Virus record (IMG/VR): IMGVR_UViG_3300030333_002703
Coordinates: 32,001 to 96,000 of that record
Source of the DNA: a virus
DNA: 64,000 nucleotides
Reading direction: 5' to 3' (one strand)
The notes under the pieces were generated by a model. The model was given only the letters and a program-made list of their open reading frames with translations. It searched no databases and was not told where the DNA came from. How positions within the stretch are numbered: position 1 is the first letter of the stretch; every line of letters starts with the position of its first letter. Shown one piece after another: positions 33,201 through 37,950 of this stretch. The position numbers and the translations under genes were made by a program.

Positions 33201-33260
33201 GGCGACCACGATGATGACACACCTGATGATTATAGTGGAGTGAGGACGGTGGATTACTGA
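15252..33260 (+). CDS. Giant (~6000 aa) tail/baseplate adhesin-like protein with N-terminal LamG/concanavalin-like domain
   Basis: Uninterrupted 18-kb ORF; SFSVEAWV...VGVFTGQQVKLYVNGELV...LYIGG..YRGRIEGV...GLWRFEE LamG pattern; ATG 15252 (track start 15186). Confidence 0.85.
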   Translation: MTLIGKSSHAMFFNGISDGILVPQAPFSKTGTQTTHGKSYDATLGGQGQNVNTKMSKTSESFSVEAWVVPDCGGVIASKEGVFELRIGDISTPGPAQFTVHTYDENVGKQSVTATTASPVIVSGAHKGWDGIVYPTDASVALQGTFNRFNTGKTDESALNRNSRELIYIVGVFTGQQVKLYVNGELVASEKLQRKTRSAHSSANLYIGGKGGEYRGRIEGVHWRRGFAESNAIPSSLLPNTDTIGLWRFEEPIDVPDISLTLKSAASASTNASGSTLTISNADGKALMEYITGSTPTATTTLDLASSTYSNGKYQITTAGALQQPDHLPINLIINPTGVDEKTGIAYQTSPPERVRLKQVVWNADGTTDSTLTVYSIHLDFSNSTTTGLRGLLHAHAANDTTNQLAKGSTIAVINSDLLIDSGSGLPLRAPGQGTQIIDRTGQMVIDEVGGNHGFIFNTQIATDTTNNPFAFNWGATELPVGFQAGHTGRHKFTHITGHPYLQHLPEATEEIVERNLDGDSDSFTAFYEGSALGLRRQVPLGSLMDVHRQAFVGSAINVENTGTVVEAVENGLAGFDTTARQLIAIGGEGFDPIPFLLKGHAFLGEDGTTDTYDMHLTPEDTSRVAILECAMGSDAAPYVEIHYNAIDLDGSRIQYAATGTTSAAWDNTNHRITLTNNGTKAFGPNSGTFDGYHLICDGERAYDSKGTVTFTIDHTNHRLNATSGGSSVRTAFEGKIAAAGAIVYLELTGAALCVTKTVPDASSIISGTQVIDYIHTALASGATLHAPGGVVTISDDVLGAGSVAFQNHRMVGDNTGGTTYEMELDNTLIPANHVPNSATDTPQSPPKGIVASHVIDATHSPVYHKMVIRNSQSGTSGSAAGNSSDPAITNAPDIFRLSPRKEATSNANGVFDTPATNHATNLFEVFDIIDNWQVGKNHVLIVQPTDRTRTMQLTKFASESTQSNDPNFLSVEFLQCRGRVQDFREKTDDKGRQLIIRGLGLVHDIRDANASLLGDGSPDSHGVKEIIPGGPVVAVSLGGPGQGALDTKPTYDPSPMARIGWNTRRPCAAVVNTVDVSSTPRTITLSPYNNQSKHLASWGHICFPPSSGSSGSNDARVYLKTGASAAYYDIVAGEILFDTTDTNMAGWFVNADGSLESTFADWVTTNVLPAGTILYTDPYIGDDTMSEDGTTVQDRMFQKLSSVTHDYQLGTQYASTRALVEIPFFPHQFFEDAEEGIFPGPNNSMKLTLDATMTAHTWNPKPVGRRLCDSSIAADPTVLGPYTRNWITSGLRDTSIVSVTYVSASSPAPAHWLFEVDDASIFPQAMEGLITSASASGLGRAGIAKGGAVSRTRRFFLPDGSWAIYDRVDYTNNTIRVNDLLSGYGIRTTDSGGHTTNSKTNENNAIGFGMGKTKGGHTWRPLYGEWQTNRESRQDGEWVIQPITSPEMIGKRISPTAHIFNGDIPSINDGEGYSVAEAQSFTSPFYHDQASVLTQGSGLDYGLKQYVSAVEFKAGPEENPHTAKLQTGAWRGKILSYKNNVLIVDNAENFPPIGAMLRYGSQSVLDWKVRNENTGLELQINYLATTTSISEPVFSAKVWSSSATAVLGTHFKIGDELTIMSLEVNPNTGGYATTWPKVMHDAILNKEWLGPYASGGLRNGDTIWMNMHYTNPHATDGIFCKSRGVVNDWEVHSMFNGGLGQFDLRSRNSIPMENFLIGNTCRETAENYVQHVNKTIEQNLIQLGIHTTRTVAFLDPYLCTDDHARVLLYDVEADRECVAFHDLYMQVQSSPDAVKIDNMDAANGFISQRRDVDISGWLSTSQEQDYPHDHTDHVKIRSDHGKSSYIEGAYSHSDGVTMNVERLSQDDSETAIARWAIDDRYNRNYEEYAKQGDCTSRYAVPRTTDGVCCYTQAELWFGQGIEDAKEAAAFWASKSVTGVTSTTTVAAAGGTGSQSFDDSTTAIQFNSHTLDTPNGTRTISAFLCLKGIRAVDSPTTNARLSNLPHWKQMDFTRRLTIDLGEIGIKEGVTSVEAAAHEIVRLINQAGAKKGRSNIRRPVDQFPGATVGQDDGASAHIKADYAVTGSTHDPASFWDDTAFSSYDRGSHMGYLRAHIGRVIEDRNGVEGYTIVIHSTIPGATGRNFCVWLDNSKGQTNYNPQFLIGHGGRFNSFYCQPLETAGENMHPAPMPINKHGRPFAPITTLQQFVSTGVPSSANAQLNRAIPPTPFTAQEQEGALPALPSFGAAGGGVGSNSVTMESTMPTEMTVVEGLGVGTKAYAQMNFGGLVASGVPGWSPDYGTWGFGDGTDSRAHNIYSASAATQQDYTSHVPATDKLEIGTDGQIYGIQFEDHLKRKHTVRMLYKEYGKTFTNENTNLPSTIENEIVIWMDDRDVSFGGFTIGRAMKGAGDIGKRIKTGAAWKLDTNAYDGAVTESKAAYTDAITDVPYCGGRWNGVPSPMAAYAVTIDRPSGTSLSLRHNQGDTFAWNKLHGGIWHDLPADGDVLGFLGFPKTNGVLQLTLPEGNSGGAAADIGSTGYMISYTHRTENTKFGPHTFYGCTGIPTALSGWGDTTIGPDTYEVAESPACISARPNWTTLVTDELIAAAVEFALTMDDPNEGDTFDCTNMLAADGRTFGEWGISPSAIRVQAYSDKHPITPLRTLFNVRREKDYGILHAHANAPQKTVDGVAIHAAGASHANAHLWYNESYPLNLTEGTNSTPAYASPRGMTNTALDGNMGVPCGYVPRTVLHISTRYRGANANTVSPLVVDSRNVPINTDTWQQNLRGELCQFWAGDHILPMINNGRVELSVSSSSDDANGTFTNGGHSSTGKWAIKLSTINGGGGTSSNEIQELFQFGPVGRIKNENMGMITAGAHGDHLPFGGAEDASYVAPYTMWCSNSDWAVITPKASQADAKASGGPTNLFDSGYRDGGYQWRHQFARINVLDDLSVLASGVTANESEEFTARCDATIAANEIIYLQRWLNPEHEGIRTSGSYAYAKPITYFRGASDGSDHSVPLYFGGGFSGAVLDINDGTENDYTEFYTHPYSAGPTGCAGIQNANEIMGSHCILDTTAMLAMFPGTGYLDQHKGQANPPFQNEHLQLSPDMALEDSHVPITTASSQGPDGSTGAAGYTNNSKTVIQTQPSPIILRFAHPFARYEDVQDDAKKTQTTYVVFGPGQSVPTFLQSNYTNSPSPTTYIEPSVAISVGCLYNKYLFANYGSDRSGFNPVGVGRYIPAYPYAPMASGLLAYYGTPDYAYLPNGVDLGKTTTWDNAPKTGSSSTTKSGWDAKIGWLPPTKDYQQDNVTRWQGVDNWEPAQGDPNADQYNQYDRYGLHLSGHFNRHDYGEDSNHDPASGTWSYGSTGYAHPLSPLTQTIYNGSGERLAGPIEDAAAIDEVSSRKIYTATAKDYAWHMDGGHPPGANFLDDRVVRNPQNGGAAQYCYAYHQISDGTYTPSEFRVGDNATMFRIGAAMLKQLTDGWGYTQDNHTTGVEGHVDRDIIVIDATRVQNAEELATVMSCAINEWPGTGALKALGGTFLPSFQSAHKQDRYSWVELPMDPTAGNSGLNGRTDHLTFESTAINTDYVHRDHFSIGIANLNPYTRATVTTYVPYELPVTGSGRLFLDSDTNPAVKRYVGADTGADTVSSMNDRGFYFFYAGISNSDDTSQGGGTVATAAHRSFYLAQNYRTGLRLPEDPTVDCTNRTFSSGMTGAQRPGMKYMECAVQAVTAAIPNPLVGFPRIMVWTKTGNHRWNNGGFNTANATKTNTDRSRLGLDTTTSLIFHALACTHVHFNGLHDAVDRTRPIGAVGWAGNQYSMLNSMGYWEPSLGVFAVPRGLGAWHPYLSFNPYGHQMGCHDSNYIGQYQASNVFADGDNAANYGIGGMNATDASAHWSYSNGWSTTYPTAKGTHENHYVVITHESELPLVARADHLGINGVGDLLSGIWKTSAMGTTSPPGKAANNDPNSIPPTGTTAWSADIHAPSRYSAPANGGPYVEAQVPATLENPTTNDTKRTNMQWGAKVDGADDLIMADACAAPTGDLFVGTDWVGHANTYYSDVNGIGGARANALPGIFDADTEPQRYWHDPVSNAGKVGGRNFTVEHVVWKRMDGGNLSLPAPNARGLGALPWVWRKQSGTSNYYKTGETVYGNCRFSFETTNSAMLPVIQAQELSHPQLAELYPFEIGNAMTIPNEEIQFESITVIDDTGQEHRIEGGSPFGTIIRDFKSISDRTDEGMAPALAGSGSYPNMEIQLPDPDTIPGNIIVRSGFDRVQSYQNETVGTGGLQHPSQPTNLVDKAFDGSGPTDALWPTWENNKWEQVAQDSTFPQSVTSNWANSTDDAPLKTAYEPHDRTLYFHITKHDISYSKREPVAAINHIHQTALGGGATNLVLRDNITVNQTTFTGTTLTYGGTVHFHATHKGAIFADPREQLKDGSNRWYLVAINSAGKKAIASYTGVTTGSARFDGVVFDSNWDETFNGADIYPSFYTPAGSARLFAARRMRDHAEVSGNSPDMPRVAWWKLNDGGPTSTNPYDLINAPKLTPMPIPRMGHHYVTPTMAMMPGHLAHPVYQNIWKSHLAVESSTRAPVEMSGNVGGTPTMDPNIWFSNLTPNYPPSDIHGGAFTLMSETKVRFDGYGVLASNGVAGDVNSKGGHVIILESNSHYTQTSHFPDPLEVGAYQIVIQPNLFSQQVTGFHQNTPFADTTSPRNAADSAYESDLEQNLTGQQVATVVGIFHDWATYGATGLVLADALSADVRGCEVYLNEIMLDIDPAAGQQFTSLPPLATFNALGVNESTSPAFSRRSMPYHPTMFKRATPGYTLTIPWWAIGMNSGMHSGLSLIGVDDYYQFCRATYGAISAQITLAGYPSYFFDPYQREHQSLNPQCTVTTNPTAGATATVRVDDNSLFPLDGSIYNRLLMTIDATGQKHYATYATRGTSGMAATGDTDRFLTVTPADGLGASSPIWNALTTTHALYNGGVLHLTGPHHNYERGALFTDTRISPLTRILPQVLSGSRDTNNLFMADAYLCMWHHNLGRPFTAFSEGRTTAGSPTHQKPYNIMPESFEMVHYHEFAYAISTGPFALGMKWMNHRIASDTSTGTWDNANHRITLTNSPVTSGYGADGGTFDGYYLMIDGIRAYHEVGTVTFTIDDGNKRLNATGGGASVSTVFEGLVAASAVVELIMDDGTNAAIAASSAVSAPVTMPSGGKHFFGGFWPGGSRYGAGASRLDMWGDVERGWNAASNPFDGSCVAYAAQYNAGPTLDPMEIRSDQTVTSTWTNYNTTPHNGAPWTRNYCFGYRFAVRQPYNRPRWAIAIKSVAEGPSASGTYAATGHFAYYNGPFVQNESGSWTSGAETAVGTTSIASGISGILERQTNASHLLGFDIPGWQVRYSDGRRMTRPFGCPVRTLRNHGLSRRQFPGDSAGLAIEDVVKANMYYVVDWWGNTTGEDVRRFPVRGFGLRPAFDPEAWRWTAPGTGGNIIQRPESLFHLHSNASMPPSVQEGNRNETNNNEYSATMADRRLTDLFNPLDSIRVGDRGDGRGVRCPIFFNEYVAQAVNTTINPLGLMLSHHTAEPPFTQGLIRARDDTLQGTEIPRGISSRMGIADAAGLLKKEGTSGRNLEESSGVFGMEGLSFQDPVSRMSPRIGLDTLTVGEMMGQASKDYIIQATQAISLHTDREVGQRYIFEGSFKHTMFPRLAADGEDDVSETTQALGHLDFSKAASMTWADPPSILRFNNAHGVSPLGGNYIMEVSSYSEPFDDTGWGIDGTVSLGSSGPTSNPYQGNTASSNLNNPMSRRTNALDTTVRFLVRPYRVLDYRHVALFRPVAEPVAGTPQALSTKPFFKHTAGSRYGLFNYEMANGRAGLNVYVSTTNPSPTTAPYVASYIPNQSNYSDNKSHGPKIQGASVLNASGVVPTPTLGTPVARLLISENTLQHYRSDASRRRTISEENDIVIRPDYSVQPRYSQSLHPKGEGGTTDFNTGDHDDDTPDDYSGVRTVDY

Positions 33261-35140
33261 TGGCATCTACACAATCATTCCCGCCAAAGGGTCGGCAAGA
33301 TAGTATCCTGAATGAGGTATCATCTACAATACGCGCACCTGTGTTTGTAGATAACACAGTTCTCCATGCAGAATACACACGTGAGCGAGACAGAATAACA
33401 GGACAAACAGTGAAGATATCTCCACCGTCTTCATCCGATTTCCAAATGACTAACCCTCGCCAATACAATTTGACAGAAGGTACTGACCAACTAATTCTAT
33501 CCCATGCAACAAAGGCAGGGTCACATTATACAGGGGCGGTGTATTTCAATGGTACAAAACTAGACGATAGCACTGACCAAATCCCTGCCATCATCTACGG
33601 AACAGAAGATACAAGCCAACGATTGACTGTAAGTGAAGTCCAAACGGCTACGTCAGGAACTAAAATGATGTTGCCAAATATGCGAGGTAGGTCATTGGAT
33701 GACATAAATTTCGATAGCCAACAAACTGTAGTACTTGGGCAAATAATCAATGTGGGATTCCGCACGACTGATGTAGTTCAACATCTATTCAAAGGAACAT
33801 ACAATTCGATTAACGCATTTGAAATCGGATTTGTATTGGCAGGGCCACGCGCTGGGAATAATACATACTACAAAGGTGGTGACATTGCACGACATTCTAC
33901 GAAATTCATTTCGCAAAACTTCCAAGGTGTGAATATGTTGGCGGCTTTGAAATACGTAGGTAGATATGACAAACACATTTTGATACATGATAGATTTGGT
34001 AACTTGTTGTACACTCCAGATGTATTTGCATACACGGATAGAGAAGTAGGTGACGCTAAGGGAATTGCTGAAGTCAAAGTTAGACCTCTTGTAGGGAGTG
34101 CAAATCAAATCACTGTGAGAGGTCGCCCAATGGCATTGAACGATAACAACATCATAAACGTAGATGATATGGATTCACAAAAGCGAGATGGAGCCGTCAA
34201 GAATCAACGCATTGATGACCCATTGTCTAAAACCAAAGTCCAAGCAAGATTAACAGCATCACAAATGCTACGATTTAATCGCAAAGCGCAAAGCATTCTT
34301 GATACAAGAGGGCATATGAACTCATGGGATTTAGACCCCGGTGATATTGTGAACTACAAAACTCCATCATCAGGTATAGATAAATCTGTGGCCTTGCTCA
34401 AAGCAGAACATTCACTACGAAAACATAGTAGTGATTTCCGTTTGGTACGTGATGATGACACCTTGGAAGGAATGCTAGCAGCATTCAGCAGCACAGGCAC
34501 AATTGAAAATGATGAAGCAGATTTCATCTCACAAATACAAACGCATGAATTGTCTAATCTTGGTGACATTCAACTACGAGTGCAACCATCAATTATTACT
34601 CACACATTGTTAGGAACGCAAGCCCGCGTGTACTCCCATATAACCGCATCTGATAATCCATACGCATTTAGTGAACCGATGGGAGCCATAGACCCAGCGA
34701 CATATGCTAGGGAAATTAACAACGATATGCCGAACAAACACGCAGGTCTGATAATCGGTCATCGGTACAGTCAAGGTAACACCACAAACGGTATTGGTAC
34801 AACGGATGTAACCAAGGCTGCACGTGGGGCTATTGGTGTAGGTGCATCATTATCTACAACAGTGAGTGCATACACACACGTTGGCACTACAATTACCGTA
34901 GCATCTACTGATGGATTCCCTACATCAGGTGCATTAATGGTGACAAGTGAAGAAAGTACAAAGTCAATGTATCTGACATATACTGGGATAACAGATGCAA
35001 CTACATTTGAAGGTGTAGCGAGAACTCCAACAGCATTGACTGGTGATGTATCGTTTTCACCACACGCGAAAGTCATTTACGCTCGCCCTCGCTCCCACGA
35101 AGTAGGGACACACCGTTCTAAAATGCAGGTGGTGCTATAA
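33260..35140 (+). CDS. Putative baseplate hub/tail tip protein
   Basis: HDRFGNLLY, ANQITVRG, LDPGDIVNY hub-like motifs; TGATG coupling. Confidence 0.55.
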   Translation: MASTQSFPPKGRQDSILNEVSSTIRAPVFVDNTVLHAEYTRERDRITGQTVKISPPSSSDFQMTNPRQYNLTEGTDQLILSHATKAGSHYTGAVYFNGTKLDDSTDQIPAIIYGTEDTSQRLTVSEVQTATSGTKMMLPNMRGRSLDDINFDSQQTVVLGQIINVGFRTTDVVQHLFKGTYNSINAFEIGFVLAGPRAGNNTYYKGGDIARHSTKFISQNFQGVNMLAALKYVGRYDKHILIHDRFGNLLYTPDVFAYTDREVGDAKGIAEVKVRPLVGSANQITVRGRPMALNDNNIINVDDMDSQKRDGAVKNQRIDDPLSKTKVQARLTASQMLRFNRKAQSILDTRGHMNSWDLDPGDIVNYKTPSSGIDKSVALLKAEHSLRKHSSDFRLVRDDDTLEGMLAAFSSTGTIENDEADFISQIQTHELSNLGDIQLRVQPSIITHTLLGTQARVYSHITASDNPYAFSEPMGAIDPATYAREINNDMPNKHAGLIIGHRYSQGNTTNGIGTTDVTKAARGAIGVGASLSTTVSAYTHVGTTITVASTDGFPTSGALMVTSEESTKSMYLTYTGITDATTFEGVARTPTALTGDVSFSPHAKVIYARPRSHEVGTHRSKMQVVL

Positions 35141-35490
35141 TGCCAATCTTAAATCACGCACGTAGATACCTGACAGAACAACTAGCCTCACAGATAAACG
35201 AAATGGTCATTGGTAGTGATGGCACAACAGCCACCGCTGATGATGGCGGGGCTAGAACTTTAGCACGTGTCGTTCCAACTGTGCGTGTGTTAGGCGACCA
35301 GACCATTTTAGTCGAAGGGACATTCGGAACGACATATTCATTTGATGCATCGGATGTCCAAGAAGTAATGGTACAGCATCGAAATGCTTCGACAAACGAG
35401 TTCATTCCAATTTATCGTACTGACTTCAGACCTATTACAAAAACCACACAAAACGAAATCCGAATCTCTTTGATTATTGAGGTGAACTAG
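35140..35490 (+). CDS. Small baseplate/tail protein
   Basis: MVIGSDGT...FRPITKT..NEIRISLII pattern; TAATG coupling. Confidence 0.55.
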   Translation: MPILNHARRYLTEQLASQINEMVIGSDGTTATADDGGARTLARVVPTVRVLGDQTILVEGTFGTTYSFDASDVQEVMVQHRNASTNEFIPIYRTDFRPITKTTQNEIRISLIIEVN

Positions 35491-36846
35491 ATGGCAAATC
35501 CAAATTCAGGACATACAGCAGCGAACATTACATGGGGTTCAGATGGATTACGTGACGGTGACGTAATCACATCTGCAACATTGACAAACATAGTGCATGG
35601 TGTACATGGCAATGGCATTCTTCGATTACAAGACAATGTATTTGGGATGACTAGTCGCAACGAGGTGATGACACAATCACCCGGTCATCTCACTCGCTCT
35701 GATGAGAATACTCTCACTGTGAAAGGTGGGTATTGTGTATTAGATGGTGTGCTATACTCATTTGCAGGTGGTCCGGGGCAAAGTGTAAATGTAGATATTG
35801 ACAATACCCAGAACTATTGCACTAGTACGGTCCTCGCAGCAGGTCAAGAATGCATATACACAGTGTACTTGGTAGGTTCATCTAATTCTGCCCATGCTAA
35901 TGCGCGTGTTAAAATTGCAGGTGGGACACCAACGACTACTACATCAGGTGTATTCCCTCCATCAGCATCAGTAATGAATGTAGACCCTATTGCTGGATAC
36001 AGTGAACTCAATGCACACAGTGTCATATTGGGTGTTGTTCGTTGTGTATTCCAAGCCGGTACAGGTGGTCCTGACAACGTGAACATCATCGAAATCAATG
36101 ACAAGCGTGTGTTTATCCGCCCATCACCTGATTACATCATGCCACTTACAAGTAATGTCGATGCGACAGCGGCTGACGCTGCTACAGTATCACGCACATA
36201 CCGCAATGGTGTGAACTATGATGTGCAACTCAAATCTGTGTTCGGTTCAGGTCACGTCGAATCAGGTGACTTTGGTGGTGTGCATGGGTCCAATCGTATT
36301 GATGTGGCTGCACTGTGGGTCAGCCATCAGAACTGGAAAGCGTCAGTGGCTGATGCCACTGACCCTGCTGTACCGAGTTCCAGCGACCCCAACTATGGAT
36401 TGGGACCGGGTGGTGGATACGATAGTACAACGGCCACGTATGCTGATGCACAGACACCTACAGATGTGTTGTACTTCTCCGGTCAAGGGAATGCCAAGCA
36501 ATCTCTAGCGACGGGCGGGGCTATGACAACAGTACGTTTAGGTTCCAAAGGCGTTGATGTATTTCAACTAACTGTTAGTGGGAATAAGGCATGGCCGGTT
36601 ACATCATACGGCGACCAAGTATTCATCACCGATTGTACGACTGCACCATCTGGTTCAAACTTCGTTACCTACACACCAACGGGTGAGTTCCCCGAAGGTC
36701 ACATGATATGGATTCAGAACACCAACGGGTCACACGATAACATTCGATTCAATGCCACAGGCATTAGCAATCAAGTCATTGAATCAGGTAAGACCGCACA
36801 GTATGTGTACGATGGCACTACATGGTATCGTCTAATGTATGTCTAA
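35491..36846 (+). CDS. Putative tail fibre/receptor-binding protein
   Basis: LTVKGGYCVLDG, INDKRVF anchor-like region; C-terminal YVYDGTTWY; last gene of structural block. Confidence 0.6.
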   Translation: MANPNSGHTAANITWGSDGLRDGDVITSATLTNIVHGVHGNGILRLQDNVFGMTSRNEVMTQSPGHLTRSDENTLTVKGGYCVLDGVLYSFAGGPGQSVNVDIDNTQNYCTSTVLAAGQECIYTVYLVGSSNSAHANARVKIAGGTPTTTTSGVFPPSASVMNVDPIAGYSELNAHSVILGVVRCVFQAGTGGPDNVNIIEINDKRVFIRPSPDYIMPLTSNVDATAADAATVSRTYRNGVNYDVQLKSVFGSGHVESGDFGGVHGSNRIDVAALWVSHQNWKASVADATDPAVPSSSDPNYGLGPGGGYDSTTATYADAQTPTDVLYFSGQGNAKQSLATGGAMTTVRLGSKGVDVFQLTVSGNKAWPVTSYGDQVFITDCTTAPSGSNFVTYTPTGEFPEGHMIWIQNTNGSHDNIRFNATGISNQVIESGKTAQYVYDGTTWYRLMYV

Positions 36847-37772
36847 TCATCTGCGTTGATGTCACCCAAGTTTAGGTGGCGACAAATCTCTTTGTATCTG
36901 TTACGGATTGTCACCTCGGTGACACCCGCCGCTTCCGAGACCTCACGTTGTGTGCGGTGGTGTTTTGACAACACACCTGCAATGTAGATACTCGACGCTG
37001 CAATACCCACTGGGCCTTTGCCGCTATCCAATTCCAATCTGCATATCTCATCCACGAACTCCATTGCCTTGGCCTCTACATGAGGTGGCAATCCTAATTC
37101 AGAACAGAACCGCGCTACATACTCTTGAGGGCGCGGTGCTTGAATCCGTATCTTCAATTCACGGATAACGAATCGTGCAGTACGCCCAATTTCTTTGCGA
37201 CCTGTTCGTGATGCCTGTGCAATCTCATCTAATGTTCTAGGAACATTGTGCAATCGGCAAGCGATGTAGATTGATGCCGCTGATACCCCTTCGATTGAAC
37301 GACCACGCACCAGTCTTTTTTCCATTGCTTTACGATAGATGGTTGCTGCTTCCTCACGTGTTGGTTTCGCCAGATTCAATCGGCTACATATCCGGTCAAT
37401 CTCCGCCAATGCTACAGACAAGTTACGTTCCAACGCATTGGAAACACGCGCTCGGCGTTGCCATTTTCGCATTCGATACAATTGACTACGCATCTTAGTC
37501 GATACTGCCTTGCCGGAGTAATCCTTATTCTGCCAATCCAAATCTGTAGACAGTCCTTTATCATGCATCATTTGGCTCATTGGCGCACCAGTTCTTGCAC
37601 GTTGGTCTCCTTGTTCTGGGCTAAACACCCGCCACTCTGCACCTTGGTCTATGATGTTATCCTCAAGCACTAATCCACAATCTTGACACACGATTTCACC
37701 GTGTGTTTCATCCCTGTCTAGATTACGACTATCGCACTCTGGACACTTCACTATATCCTCAACTTCACTCAT
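36843..37772 (-). CDS. tfb: Archaeal transcription initiation factor B (TFB/TFIIB)
   Basis: CPEC..CQDCG Zn ribbon, IDQGAEWR B-reader, two cyclin repeats (GRSIEGVSAASIYIACR; GKGPVGIAASSIYIA), VTEVTIRNRYKE; AGGTGA RBS before ATG 37772. Confidence 0.97.
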   Translation of the reverse strand: MSEVEDIVKCPECDSRNLDRDETHGEIVCQDCGLVLEDNIIDQGAEWRVFSPEQGDQRARTGAPMSQMMHDKGLSTDLDWQNKDYSGKAVSTKMRSQLYRMRKWQRRARVSNALERNLSVALAEIDRICSRLNLAKPTREEAATIYRKAMEKRLVRGRSIEGVSAASIYIACRLHNVPRTLDEIAQASRTGRKEIGRTARFVIRELKIRIQAPRPQEYVARFCSELGLPPHVEAKAMEFVDEICRLELDSGKGPVGIAASSIYIAGVLSKHHRTQREVSEAAGVTEVTIRNRYKEICRHLNLGDINADD

Positions 37773-37950
37773 GTTGTTCACCTATATCTTTTGTTCGTTT
37801 TGAATCACGCCACAGTGCATTGCACGTAGGGCATTCCCAAATCAGTATTCTATTATTTTCTCGCACGTACTTGCCTACAATACGAATGGCAAATACGAGG
37901 TCTCCACACTGGGGGCAATGCTGTGATAACGCATCACGCAGGTTGCCCAG
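37765..37950 (-). CDS. Small Zn-ribbon protein (possible CTG start)
   Basis: CPQC...WECPTC; G-rich GGAGG just upstream of in-frame CTG 37950; track ORF to 38100 overlaps the thermosome gene. Confidence 0.6.
   Translation of the reverse strand: MGNLRDALSQHCPQCGDLVFAIRIVGKYVRENNRILIWECPTCNALWRDSKRTKDIGEQHE

Noticed and set aside
36843-36846. Terminator or origin at the convergence point
   Set aside because: The two stop codons overlap (CTAA) with no intergenic space or hairpin; nothing further supportable
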